A stretch of DNA of 64,000 bases from Candidatus Cloacimonadales bacterium (GTDB taxonomy: Bacteria > Cloacimonadota > Cloacimonadia > Cloacimonadales > DAONDQ01), in contig OY759316.1 of assembly GCA_963662275.1 (NCBI GenBank), positions 960,001 through 1,024,000 on the forward strand, written 5' to 3'. Under the pieces are notes generated by a model. The model worked only from the letters and a program-made list of their open reading frames with translations. It had not been told where the DNA came from and made no database searches. Position 1 is the stretch's first letter, and each line of letters starts with the position of its first letter. This document shows, in pieces, positions 19,506 to 28,996 of this stretch. The position numbers and the translations under genes were made by a program.

Positions 19506-22133
19506 ATGATTCCTGAAGATACTAAGATTACTCCGATGCTGCAGCAGTACAAAAAAATGAAGGAAGCACATCCAGATAAACTTCTACTGTTTCGAATGGG
19601 TGATTTCTATGAAACATTCTTCGATGATGCCCAGACGATGTCGAAAATACTGGGTATCACGTTAACAGCTCGAAACAAAAGTGATGGAAATCCCATACCT
19701 TTAGCCGGCTTTCCCTACCATGCCATCGATTCATATCTCGATAAGTTGATCAAGGCAGGGTTAAAGGTAGCCATATGCGAACAGGTTGAAGATCCAAAGT
19801 TGGCAAAGGGTTTAGTAAAACGTGAAATCGTGGAAATCATTACCCCAGGTGTCATTCTTGATCAGCAATTAATTGAAGGTTCAAGGAATAATTTCTTCGC
19901 TTGTATTCATCTCGATAATAAGCTGAAGATAGCAGGTCTAGCTTATCTGGATATTTCAACTGGTGATTTTCTGTTTAGTGAAATGGAAATTCAGGATGTA
20001 AAAAATGAAATTCAGCGGATTCATCCTGCAGAGATTATCATCCAGAATCCAGAAATTAAATACTTTATTGATGATCTTAAATTGGATTATACACCGGCTA
20101 TTACCATATATGACAGTTGGTATTTTGATTTGAAGGAATCCACTAAACTGCTAAAAGAACATTTTCATACAACAACCCTGGAAAGCCTCGGCGCTCAAGG
20201 ACATAATGCAGGAGCTATTGCAGCAGGTGCGGCTCTTGCTTATGTTAAGTCCTTGCGAGATGATAATTTATCACATATCACATCATTACATTTTTACTCC
20301 TTGTCTTCATTTATGCAGTTAGATGAAATCACAAGAAGAAACTTAGAACTGATTCGCTCCATGCGTTATGGAAACCGTAGCGGTAGTTTGATTGATGTTC
20401 TTGATAAAACTCAGACTCCTATGGGTTCAAGGCTATTGCATCAATGGATGATGAATCCGCTTCTAGAACAGAGACATATTGAAAAGCGATTAGATATGGT
20501 AGAAGATTTCCTCTCACAATATCCTTTGACGGAAGATCTTCGTCTGATATTAAAGGAAATAGGTGATCTCAGCCGTTTATTAAGTAAAGTGGGAGCGCTA
20601 CGTGTCAATCCCAGGGAAACAATGGCACTAGGTCATTATTTGAGTACAGCACCCGCTATTCATAATCTCTTGAAACGATACGAGTCCTCAGTTTTAGAAT
20701 CAATTTCTCAAGACATTCCTGATTTTGCTCCCATGATTGAATTGATTGATAAAGCAATTTCAGATACTCCACCTATGACTATTATGGAAGGAAATATCTT
20801 CAAAAACGAATATAATGCTGATTTGGATGAACTTCGTTCGATCAGCCGTGATGGGAAAAGCTGGATCGCAAGACTGGAAGCGGAAGAAAGGCAAAAGACA
20901 GGTATCCCATCCCTCAAGATTGGGTATAACAAGGTTTTTGGCTATTATCTTGAAGTGACTTTGGCTCATGTTTCAAAAATACCTGATTATTATATCAGAA
21001 AACAGACATTGGTTAATGGTGAACGATACATATCTCCTCAGTTGAAGGAATATGAAGCGAAAGTATTAGGAGCGGAAGAACGTATCAAAAGTTTAGAATA
21101 TGAGCTTTTTAAAGATATCCGCAATACAATAGCAGATTACATGGGAAGTATGCAGAAATACGTGGAAAAGATTGCAGAACTGGATGTTTTATCCACCTTT
21201 GCCTTCCATGCATATCATAAAAATTATGTTAGACCTGTTTTCACAGATTCGGGAATACTGGAGATGATCGATTGTCGTCATCCGGTGATCGAGCAGATTC
21301 TCTTGGATGAACAATATATCCCAAATGATGTGAATCTTGATGATGAATGTACTAAGATAGCCATTATCACAGGACCGAACATGGCGGGTAAATCTACATA
21401 TTTGAGACAGATCGGTCTGCTGGTGATCATGGCGCAAATGGGTTGTTATATTCCAGCAAAATCAGCTCATTTACCGATTTTTGATAAAGTTTTCACAAGA
21501 GTTGGTGCTTCTGATAATCTAGCTATGGGACAAAGCACATTCCTGGTCGAGATGGTCGAAACTGCTAATATTCTGAATTCGGCAACACCAAGATCACTTA
21601 TTCTACTGGATGAAATCGGAAGAGGAACTAGTACTTTTGATGGTTTAAGTCTTGCCTGGGCGATTGTGGAGTATATTCATAAATTTAAAAAGGCTAAAAC
21701 CCTGTTTGCTACTCATTATCATGAATTAACTGAGTTGGAAAACGTCCTTTCTGGAGTAAAAAACTACAATATTGCAATTAGGGAATGGAATGAGCAAATG
21801 ATATTTCTGAGAAAGATAGAACGTGGTGGCGTTGACCAAAGTTATGGTATCCAGGTGGCACGATTGGCAGGATTACCGGATAAGGTTATTAAAAGGGCAA
21901 AAGATATCCTGCGTAACTTGGAAGAACATGAACTAAGTCCGCAAGGTTTGACTGCAAAGATCAAGAAACAACTTGGTCAGAAAAATGACCAGTTGAGTAT
22001 TTTTGAAGTAATTGTAGAAAAAACAGAAGAAAAAGATAAACTCCTGGCTGAGATCAAGGACCTAGAACTCGATCGTGTATCTCCGATGGAAGCTTGGCAA
22101 AAGTTAAAAGAAATACAAGATAAAATTGAATAA
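19506..22133 (+). CDS. mutS: DNA mismatch repair protein MutS
   Basis: TPMLQQY, FRMGDFYE, ITGPNMAGKSTYLRQ, DEIGRGTSTFDG, FATHYHEL. Confidence 0.98.
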   Translation: MIPEDTKITPMLQQYKKMKEAHPDKLLLFRMGDFYETFFDDAQTMSKILGITLTARNKSDGNPIPLAGFPYHAIDSYLDKLIKAGLKVAICEQVEDPKLAKGLVKREIVEIITPGVILDQQLIEGSRNNFFACIHLDNKLKIAGLAYLDISTGDFLFSEMEIQDVKNEIQRIHPAEIIIQNPEIKYFIDDLKLDYTPAITIYDSWYFDLKESTKLLKEHFHTTTLESLGAQGHNAGAIAAGAALAYVKSLRDDNLSHITSLHFYSLSSFMQLDEITRRNLELIRSMRYGNRSGSLIDVLDKTQTPMGSRLLHQWMMNPLLEQRHIEKRLDMVEDFLSQYPLTEDLRLILKEIGDLSRLLSKVGALRVNPRETMALGHYLSTAPAIHNLLKRYESSVLESISQDIPDFAPMIELIDKAISDTPPMTIMEGNIFKNEYNADLDELRSISRDGKSWIARLEAEERQKTGIPSLKIGYNKVFGYYLEVTLAHVSKIPDYYIRKQTLVNGERYISPQLKEYEAKVLGAEERIKSLEYELFKDIRNTIADYMGSMQKYVEKIAELDVLSTFAFHAYHKNYVRPVFTDSGILEMIDCRHPVIEQILLDEQYIPNDVNLDDECTKIAIITGPNMAGKSTYLRQIGLLVIMAQMGCYIPAKSAHLPIFDKVFTRVGASDNLAMGQSTFLVEMVETANILNSATPRSLILLDEIGRGTSTFDGLSLAWAIVEYIHKFKKAKTLFATHYHELTELENVLSGVKNYNIAIREWNEQMIFLRKIERGGVDQSYGIQVARLAGLPDKVIKRAKDILRNLEEHELSPQGLTAKIKKQLGQKNDQLSIFEVIVEKTEEKDKLLAEIKDLELDRVSPMEAWQKLKEIQDKIE

Positions 22134-22149
22134 ATTGAGGTGATTACGA

Positions 22150-23919
22150 ATGAAATTTAAACAGCTGTTACTGCTAACCTTACTGTTTTGTTTGCCCTTC
22201 CTGAATTTCGCGCAGAATATTAAATACGCCGGCAAGATAAACGGTCATCTCATCACTGAAAGTGATTTTGCAGAAGCACTTTGGGGACATTACCAGAATT
22301 TCGTTCTTGAGCATGATAGAAAACCAAGTGATGCTGAGTGGCTGAATATCTACGATAAAACTTGGTTAAACAGCACAAAACAGCTAATCTTAATTGATGC
22401 CTATAAAAAATACGGAATCACTGTTACCGAGCAGGAAGTCATGAATGATTTGGAGAATAACATTCCAAACTTCATTAGGGAACACCCATTATTCCAAAAT
22501 GAAGATGGCTTCGAGCAAGAATTGTATATTAAAAGTTTACAAACTGATAAACCCGTTGATTTATCCTGGCTTAGAGAAAATTACTATCTTTATGTTATTC
22601 CGCAGAATAAACTCAAAGAAAAACTGGCAGCCGACATGATGATCACTGAAAAAGAAGTTCGGGATCAATATGCCGTAAATCATGGATCAGCCAAAGCTTC
22701 GATTTTTCCCTTTATCAATATTAGATTTAAACCGTTAATAACAAATGAGAATATCGATAAATACTACAAAGATAACATGGGCAGTTTTGTTCGATCCCCC
22801 CAATGCGATATAGGTGTATCAATTTTTCCGATAGAACCCTCAAAAGAAGATACCTTGTATGCTAAAACCAAGATAGACTCACTTTACCAAAATCTGAAGA
22901 ATGGGGAATCCTTTCAACTCTTAGCTTCTAAGTATTCCATGTCTGTCTCAGCAACAAAAGACGGTGATATCGGATATCTTGAATTGACAACATTACCTGT
23001 AAACGTCCAGGAACAAATTAGAAATATGGAAGTTGGACATTTTTCAAAACCAATTCACATGAAAGATTCCTGGGTTTTATATAAGATCGATGATAAAACT
23101 AAGAATTTGATCAAATTGAGAGAAATCAGGATTTCTGCACAGATTGGAGATAGAACAAAAGAATTACTGCTTAATCATATTATCAAAGTCCGTGATTTAT
23201 CATTCCAATTGGATTTACAGAAAGCTGCAAGTGAATTTGATGTATCCTATGCAATCATTAAGAACCTAACAAAGAACAAACCAAAAAGGAATAATATCTC
23301 TTTTGATACTAATGTTATTGAAAGAGCGATAGCTGCAAAACCAAGTTATCTCTTTGAACCGATTTTCAGACCAGATCTTCATGCCTATTTATTAATCCAG
23401 GTTCTTCAAACACAGCCTTTCCAGGAATTGCCACTCACTGCTGTGCAAGATTCCATCAGGAGTATTCTCACACTACAAACCCAGAAAGTAATGGCAAAAG
23501 AAGCTGCTGATCTGTTTTATGAGAAATACAAGAAACAGGACTTTTCAATATTGAGAATGTCAGGAAATTCAATTCTTGACTTCGAAGAATTGCGGATGTC
23601 TTCGACAATTCCTACAAAAGGATATGAAGCAATAATGGATGCGATTTTACGAATGCAATCGAATAATGCGATAACCAACCCCATTCCAACTATGGATGGA
23701 TATTTTATTGGGTATTGTCAAATTTATCACGCTCCTAGCTGGGATAATTTAGAAACTGAAAAGAAGCAGATCATAGCAGGATTACAAAAGCAGCGGATGA
23801 ATGATTATTTCGTTAACTGGGTAAACAACCAGGTTAAGCATGCGCATATCACAAAATGGTATAAATTCCGGACACTTGGATCAACTCCAGTAGTCCAAGA
23901 CAGAGAAACTTCAAAATAA
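22150..23919 (+). CDS. SurA/PpiD-like periplasmic chaperone / parvulin PPIase
   Basis: Signal peptide; GESFQLLASKYS..DGDIG..VGHFSKPI parvulin-like motif. Confidence 0.75.
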   Translation: MKFKQLLLLTLLFCLPFLNFAQNIKYAGKINGHLITESDFAEALWGHYQNFVLEHDRKPSDAEWLNIYDKTWLNSTKQLILIDAYKKYGITVTEQEVMNDLENNIPNFIREHPLFQNEDGFEQELYIKSLQTDKPVDLSWLRENYYLYVIPQNKLKEKLAADMMITEKEVRDQYAVNHGSAKASIFPFINIRFKPLITNENIDKYYKDNMGSFVRSPQCDIGVSIFPIEPSKEDTLYAKTKIDSLYQNLKNGESFQLLASKYSMSVSATKDGDIGYLELTTLPVNVQEQIRNMEVGHFSKPIHMKDSWVLYKIDDKTKNLIKLREIRISAQIGDRTKELLLNHIIKVRDLSFQLDLQKAASEFDVSYAIIKNLTKNKPKRNNISFDTNVIERAIAAKPSYLFEPIFRPDLHAYLLIQVLQTQPFQELPLTAVQDSIRSILTLQTQKVMAKEAADLFYEKYKKQDFSILRMSGNSILDFEELRMSSTIPTKGYEAIMDAILRMQSNNAITNPIPTMDGYFIGYCQIYHAPSWDNLETEKKQIIAGLQKQRMNDYFVNWVNNQVKHAHITKWYKFRTLGSTPVVQDRETSK

Positions 23920-24024
23920 TATTTGACATCACAGACAAAGTATACAAAATGTGTATTGATACCTTATTCTCTGTGAAGTGTGAGTCTAATAGAAATGCAT
24001 AAAGCATTTGTATTTGGAGGAAAC

Positions 24025-24741
24025 ATGAAATATATGTTTTTAATGATAGTTCTTTCCTTTTCTTTAGTATTGGCTGCAACAACGATTTATGATATCCAGT
24101 ACACCTCGAATCCAGGTGTCGATAATACCTATCCTTCTCCCTTGGCGAATCAAAACGTTTCGGTGACAGGGATTGTTACCGCAACTGGATTTCATGCTTC
24201 TTCAGGTCCAAAATTCTTCCTATCTGATCCCATGGGCGGGGCATGGCGTAGTATCTTTATCGATGATGCCAGCCATCCGGTACAGGTCGGCGATTTAGTA
24301 ACAGTAGCGGGAACGGTGAAGGAATATTATGGCATGACAGAAATCCGTCAATGTACGGTAATTAATGTGTTAAGCTCAAATAATGCAATTCCCAATCCTC
24401 TCATTCTGACGAGTGGACAACTAGCTTCCGAAGAGGCATATGAAAGCTGCTTTGTGAAAATTCAGGATATTACCTGCACCATTGCTCCAAATTCACAAAA
24501 TGAATTGTATGTGGATGACGGTTCAGGTTCAGCTAAAATTGACGATGGCTTCTTTTCCGGATCAATTCCATTTCCAATTAATTCTGGTATCGGCATCATT
24601 TATTCTTATCTTATGGGAATTGTTGAATATTCTCATGGTACTTTCTGTTTACAGCCGAGAAATTCATTAGATGTACAAAAAAGAGCCCCCGTTCTGAATT
24701 CACATAAGTCCTGGGGTAAAATCAAATCGATATATAAATAA
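24025..24741 (+). CDS. Secreted OB-fold-like protein (nuclease-accessory type) with C-terminal SWGKIKSIYK tail
   Basis: TTIYDIQY..SPLANQNVSVTGIVTA..GDLVTVAGTVKEYYGMTEI; GGAGG RBS before MKYMFL. Confidence 0.65.
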   Translation: MKYMFLMIVLSFSLVLAATTIYDIQYTSNPGVDNTYPSPLANQNVSVTGIVTATGFHASSGPKFFLSDPMGGAWRSIFIDDASHPVQVGDLVTVAGTVKEYYGMTEIRQCTVINVLSSNNAIPNPLILTSGQLASEEAYESCFVKIQDITCTIAPNSQNELYVDDGSGSAKIDDGFFSGSIPFPINSGIGIIYSYLMGIVEYSHGTFCLQPRNSLDVQKRAPVLNSHKSWGKIKSIYK

Positions 24742-24764
24742 AGTAATATCTGGAGGATAGAAAC

Positions 24765-25181
24765 ATGAAAAAGTTTTTTAAAAGCCTACTAATATTAGGC
24801 GGAACAGCAGCGGCAGGTTACTTAGGGTTTAAAGCCTATAAAAAAGTCAGCTCGATAGTCCGTTTAAGCAAAGCATTACCGGAATTTCTAAAAAATGTAT
24901 ATGGGGAAATTCCAAAGATTCATATCAACATGGCTTTGAACAAAGTGATCATCAAGACCGGTTTCACCCAAGAGATAATAGACAAACATGAAGATATTGA
25001 ATCAACAGTTCGTGAATATGTGGAAGATTTCTTCCCTTCACTTGGAAATAAAAAACTCAGTATTCATGTTTATGTAAAAGGTGAAGAGGATGAAGAGGAT
25101 GAAGACGAATGCTGTTGCTGCTGTGGTGACGATGATGATGAATGTAACATCGACGAAACTGAAGAAGAACCTAAAAAATAA
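24765..25181 (+). CDS. Hypothetical membrane-anchored protein with acidic, Cys-rich tail
   Basis: GGAGG RBS; N-terminal hydrophobic helix; tail EEDEEDEDECCCCCGDDDDEC. Confidence 0.75.
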   Translation: MKKFFKSLLILGGTAAAGYLGFKAYKKVSSIVRLSKALPEFLKNVYGEIPKIHINMALNKVIIKTGFTQEIIDKHEDIESTVREYVEDFFPSLGNKKLSIHVYVKGEEDEEDEDECCCCCGDDDDECNIDETEEEPKK

Positions 25182-25202
25182 CAAAATAACTATACAGTCA
25201 TG

Positions 25203-25234
25203 AATAAAGGTCAGCTAATGCTGACCTTTTATTT
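25203..25234. terminator. Bidirectional intrinsic terminator
   Basis: AAAGGTCAGC-TAAT-GCTGACCTTT between convergent genes. Confidence 0.8.
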
Positions 25235-25386
25235 ATTTTCTTTAGAAGTGTAGACGTCCAACTTGAGCGCCTCTAGGTCATTTCTCAACTCACTCAACTC
25301 AGACTTCCAATTTTGGCTTCTCTTCTCAACCAGTAATAACCAGATGTAGTTAAATTTTTCTATATGCTTTTGTTGAAAGAGTTTAA

Positions 25387-26313
25387 TCAATCATCTATTC
25401 CAATGATATCACATGCTAATCTATTATTTCGAATAATTGAAGCCAGATCATTCATTTGAATGGAACTTGGTGTCTCTGCATTTGAAAGAAGATACTCCCT
25501 GTTCAAAGATTTGTATTTATTTTTACCAAATGCATGATATGGTAGTAACCTGATCTTAGATATTCCTAAACTTTGAGCAAGCTCACAGACAGCCTCAATG
25601 AATTGCGCATTATCATTGACTAAGGGAATAATCGGCAGGCTGAGTTGAATCTTCTCACTTCCAATGGTCTGGACTAACAATTCCAGATTGTTCAGAATTG
25701 GCTGTAACGAACGACCTGTATAATGAAGATGAGTTGCTTCATCCATCAGTTTGATATCAAAATAAACAAAATCAAAGAGTTTGAGAAATGCTTCACGTTT
25801 TGATAAACGAGCCACGTCGAAGTAACCGCAGGTTTCCAATCCCAGTCCCAAGCCTTCATCTTTTATTCGTTCTGCTAAAGCCACTGCAAAATCCAGTTGA
25901 AACAATGCCTCACCTCCGGAGAAAGTGATTCCTCCACAAGAGTTCTGATAATATAGGCGATTCGATAGAATTCTATCTATCACTTGCTCCACACTATATT
26001 TTCTACCGACAATTTGAATGGCACTTTGGGAACAGGCTGTGGCGCATGATTGTGTTGAGCAAATTGCGCATTTACTGTGATCAATTCTGATCTCATCTTC
26101 CAATCGGATTGCCTGTAATCGGCAACTTTTGATACAGTTTCCACATTTGATGCAATGCTCTGTATGATGCATTGGCTCGAAATAGATGCTTTGACTTTCC
26201 GGATTCGAGCACCATTGACAGTTTAAAGGACAGCCCTTGAAAAACAGAACAGTGCGTATTCCCGGACCATCTTGTGTAGCAAAGTCCGAGATATCAAAGA
26301 GATTACCTGTCAT
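25387..26313 (-). CDS. Glycyl-radical enzyme activating enzyme (radical SAM, with ferredoxin-like insert)
   Basis: DGPGIRTVLFFKGCPLNCQWCSNPES, two extra Cys clusters, GGITFSGGE, LLPYH; overlaps the GRE stop. Confidence 0.95.
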   Translation of the reverse strand: MTGNLFDISDFATQDGPGIRTVLFFKGCPLNCQWCSNPESQSIYFEPMHHTEHCIKCGNCIKSCRLQAIRLEDEIRIDHSKCAICSTQSCATACSQSAIQIVGRKYSVEQVIDRILSNRLYYQNSCGGITFSGGEALFQLDFAVALAERIKDEGLGLGLETCGYFDVARLSKREAFLKLFDFVYFDIKLMDEATHLHYTGRSLQPILNNLELLVQTIGSEKIQLSLPIIPLVNDNAQFIEAVCELAQSLGISKIRLLPYHAFGKNKYKSLNREYLLSNAETPSSIQMNDLASIIRNNRLACDIIGIDD

Positions 26314-28805
26314 AAGCGATGTTCTGTCCGTGAGATAATCTCATTCTGCATAGAAGCACCCAATTCCACAAAGAAGGCACTAAAACCAGCCACTCTCACA
26401 ATGAGATCACGATATTCTTCAGGCTTTTCCTGGGCTCTTCGCAACATTTGGCTATCCACAATGTTAAATTGTATTTGAAAACCTAAAGTATCGAAGTAGG
26501 TCTTGATTAATTGGATTAGCTTTCGAGAACCTGATTTTCCATGAATACTGGAAGGCAAGAACTTCATATTGTGTAAGCCTCCACGTATTTTTGTGTGATC
26601 AATTTTACCCGCAGAAAGCAGCACTGCCAGTGGACCATTGGTATCAGTTCCCGGATAGGGTGAAGTTACCCCATCAGCAAGAGTCTGACCTGCATGTCTG
26701 CCATCGGGTGTTGCACCGCAGGCTTTTCCAAAAGGAGCATGCGTGCTGATAGCCAGCATGGATGGATCATAAGGTTCACCCAAGAAGTTCTTTTGACTGG
26801 ATACGAACTCACAGTAATGATTGAATAATTCTTCATAGATACCATCAGCACTAGGATCATTATTTCCCCATTTGGGTGAGTGTGTTGCCATTTGCAACAG
26901 CTCACCGTAACCTTCCCAATTATTCTTTAGTGCTTCTCTCAATTTATCCATGCTGATCAGTTTTTTCTCATCTACTAAATCCTGGACGGCTGCCAGACTA
27001 TTCACGACATTCACCATTCCTGTACTAAGAGTCGTAGGACTGCCATTAATAATGGCACCACCATCGTCTAATGATTTACCTCGGGCAATACAATCACGGA
27101 TGAGCATGGAGGAATAGATCAGATTGCAGATATTACGATGGGCTGCCATGACGTAATTCCAATATCTCTGCCAGTTACGAATGCTGATTTTCAAGATATT
27201 CAGATAATTGTCTTTTAATTGTGAAGCAGTTTGGGGGATTTCACAAGCTAACATCGATATACCTGAGACCGGATCTGTGCCACCGTTCAGAGCAAGTTCA
27301 AATATTTTTGCATGATTAATAAAACCTGCTTGTACGACCCCATAGCTCATTCCTTCTAAGGTAGGTTCTGTACATCCACCCATGGCTGCATATTTGCGTA
27401 TTGTTGCCAAAGGAAGGTGACTCTTTTCCAGTTCATGCTGCATATAAATCTTAGTATTAAAAAATGCTGGAAAGCCCACGCCAGTCTTAACACATTCTAT
27501 AGCTTTCATGAGGAATGGGTCACTAAGACGATCATCATACCAGATCGAAAGGGTTGGTTGTGTGGTTTGGCAGTTAATTGCAGACTGCAGAATAAGTATC
27601 GACAGTTCGTTGTCAGCCGGATGTCCATTTTCATCCAAACCGCCAAGCATCATGTTCTGATACAGGTTTCCCGAGCCTAATCCTTCCCAGGAAAAGGAAG
27701 CCATATATTCGATCTCGGTCATCTTGATACGTAGAGCCTCCAGCAGTTCCAAGACTTCCTCGGATGTGATCTTGCCTGATTCCATGTCCTTTTTGAAATA
27801 GGGATACATATATCGATCAAAACGTCCGGGTGAATACCCTAACTGCGCGCCTTCTATATGACCAGCGAGATATATGAACCAAAATGCTTGCATGGCTTCT
27901 CGGAAAGAGCGAGGTGGATTTGCTGGTACATGCTCACAGCAATCTGCAATTTGCAGTAATTCGTTTTTGCGGTCTTTATCGGCTTCAGTAGAAGCCATTT
28001 CACGTGCAATTTTAGCATAGTTTTGTGCCCAGGTGATAGTGCCTTGCAGCACCTTGATGCCCGCACGCCAAAAGAAAAGTTTTTCAGCAGATTCATGATC
28101 GGTGATTTCACAATCATCGATCATTGCCTGAGCTTTAGCGATGATGCCATTCAATCCTATTTTCAATGCAGTCTCAAAGTCCAGGACATATCGACCTTCC
28201 GGTGCAGGATCATGAGGGGCAGTGAAAAGACCGATTTTCCAACCCTTTTCGATATAGGAAGCTTCACCAAAAGAATCCTTCCAAACCCTGTCACTCTCAT
28301 CTTGCATACATTTTCCAGACCAGTACTGTGCCATTTCTTTCAAGTGTTTTTTGTCTTCAGGAGTGATGAGAAACTTCTTTCCAAATACTTCATATTTACC
28401 TTCACGAGCAAGTTTGGCACTTAAGTCAATACCTCCTCCTGTACCAATATCAGTGAATTTGTCCTGTGCCTCATGTTCCTCTTTGTTCATTTCTCTCAGC
28501 ACATATTGGCAGGCATAATTTACATAGGGAATGGCACCTCGTACATATCTTGTCTTGCTGCCGACCAATAATTCATTATCCCGAATACTGGGACTGATAT
28601 GAGCTAAGGCATAAGCATGGCAATACGCTCTTCTTTCCAGGGCGTTATATCCATCACTGGTCTGATGAGTACAAGTATAAAGATCCATATACTCAAGATC
28701 AATATGCATAGCGGAGGTCAAATACACTTGGCGTAATAATGATATTCGCTGTTTTGAAGGCTCAGCTTTTATTTCCCTTAGGTCGAAGCTATCTTGTGAA
28801 CTCAT
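26310..28805 (-). CDS. Glycyl radical enzyme, HPAD/IAD (arylacetate decarboxylase)-like
   Basis: Gly loop LIVRVAGFSAFF; Cys loop MGGCTEP; segments KTRYVRG, GTGGG, PEGR and SGNL resemble 4-hydroxyphenylacetate decarboxylase as recalled; start MSSQDSF after GGAGG. Confidence 0.85.
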   Translation of the reverse strand: MSSQDSFDLREIKAEPSKQRISLLRQVYLTSAMHIDLEYMDLYTCTHQTSDGYNALERRAYCHAYALAHISPSIRDNELLVGSKTRYVRGAIPYVNYACQYVLREMNKEEHEAQDKFTDIGTGGGIDLSAKLAREGKYEVFGKKFLITPEDKKHLKEMAQYWSGKCMQDESDRVWKDSFGEASYIEKGWKIGLFTAPHDPAPEGRYVLDFETALKIGLNGIIAKAQAMIDDCEITDHESAEKLFFWRAGIKVLQGTITWAQNYAKIAREMASTEADKDRKNELLQIADCCEHVPANPPRSFREAMQAFWFIYLAGHIEGAQLGYSPGRFDRYMYPYFKKDMESGKITSEEVLELLEALRIKMTEIEYMASFSWEGLGSGNLYQNMMLGGLDENGHPADNELSILILQSAINCQTTQPTLSIWYDDRLSDPFLMKAIECVKTGVGFPAFFNTKIYMQHELEKSHLPLATIRKYAAMGGCTEPTLEGMSYGVVQAGFINHAKIFELALNGGTDPVSGISMLACEIPQTASQLKDNYLNILKISIRNWQRYWNYVMAAHRNICNLIYSSMLIRDCIARGKSLDDGGAIINGSPTTLSTGMVNVVNSLAAVQDLVDEKKLISMDKLREALKNNWEGYGELLQMATHSPKWGNNDPSADGIYEELFNHYCEFVSSQKNFLGEPYDPSMLAISTHAPFGKACGATPDGRHAGQTLADGVTSPYPGTDTNGPLAVLLSAGKIDHTKIRGGLHNMKFLPSSIHGKSGSRKLIQLIKTYFDTLGFQIQFNIVDSQMLRRAQEKPEEYRDLIVRVAGFSAFFVELGASMQNEIISRTEHRL

Positions 28806-28996
28806 GGTTCCTCCTGATTCATTTATTAACAAATATTTATACCATCCCCTATGAGGTATGGATCTAATCAAATCTTATGATATTTATTTTCTTTGTGGTA
28901 TAAAACTGATGTCAAGAAATATGAACAAGAAACTTCTTTTTATATTTTGCTTTGAAATCGCGATTTAGAATCAACATCAATTCCAATCTGAAATAT

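Noticed and set aside
26310..28805. Pyruvate formate-lyase
   Set aside because: Has a single Cys-x-Glu loop, not the adjacent Cys-Cys of PFL; the activase carries extra FeS clusters
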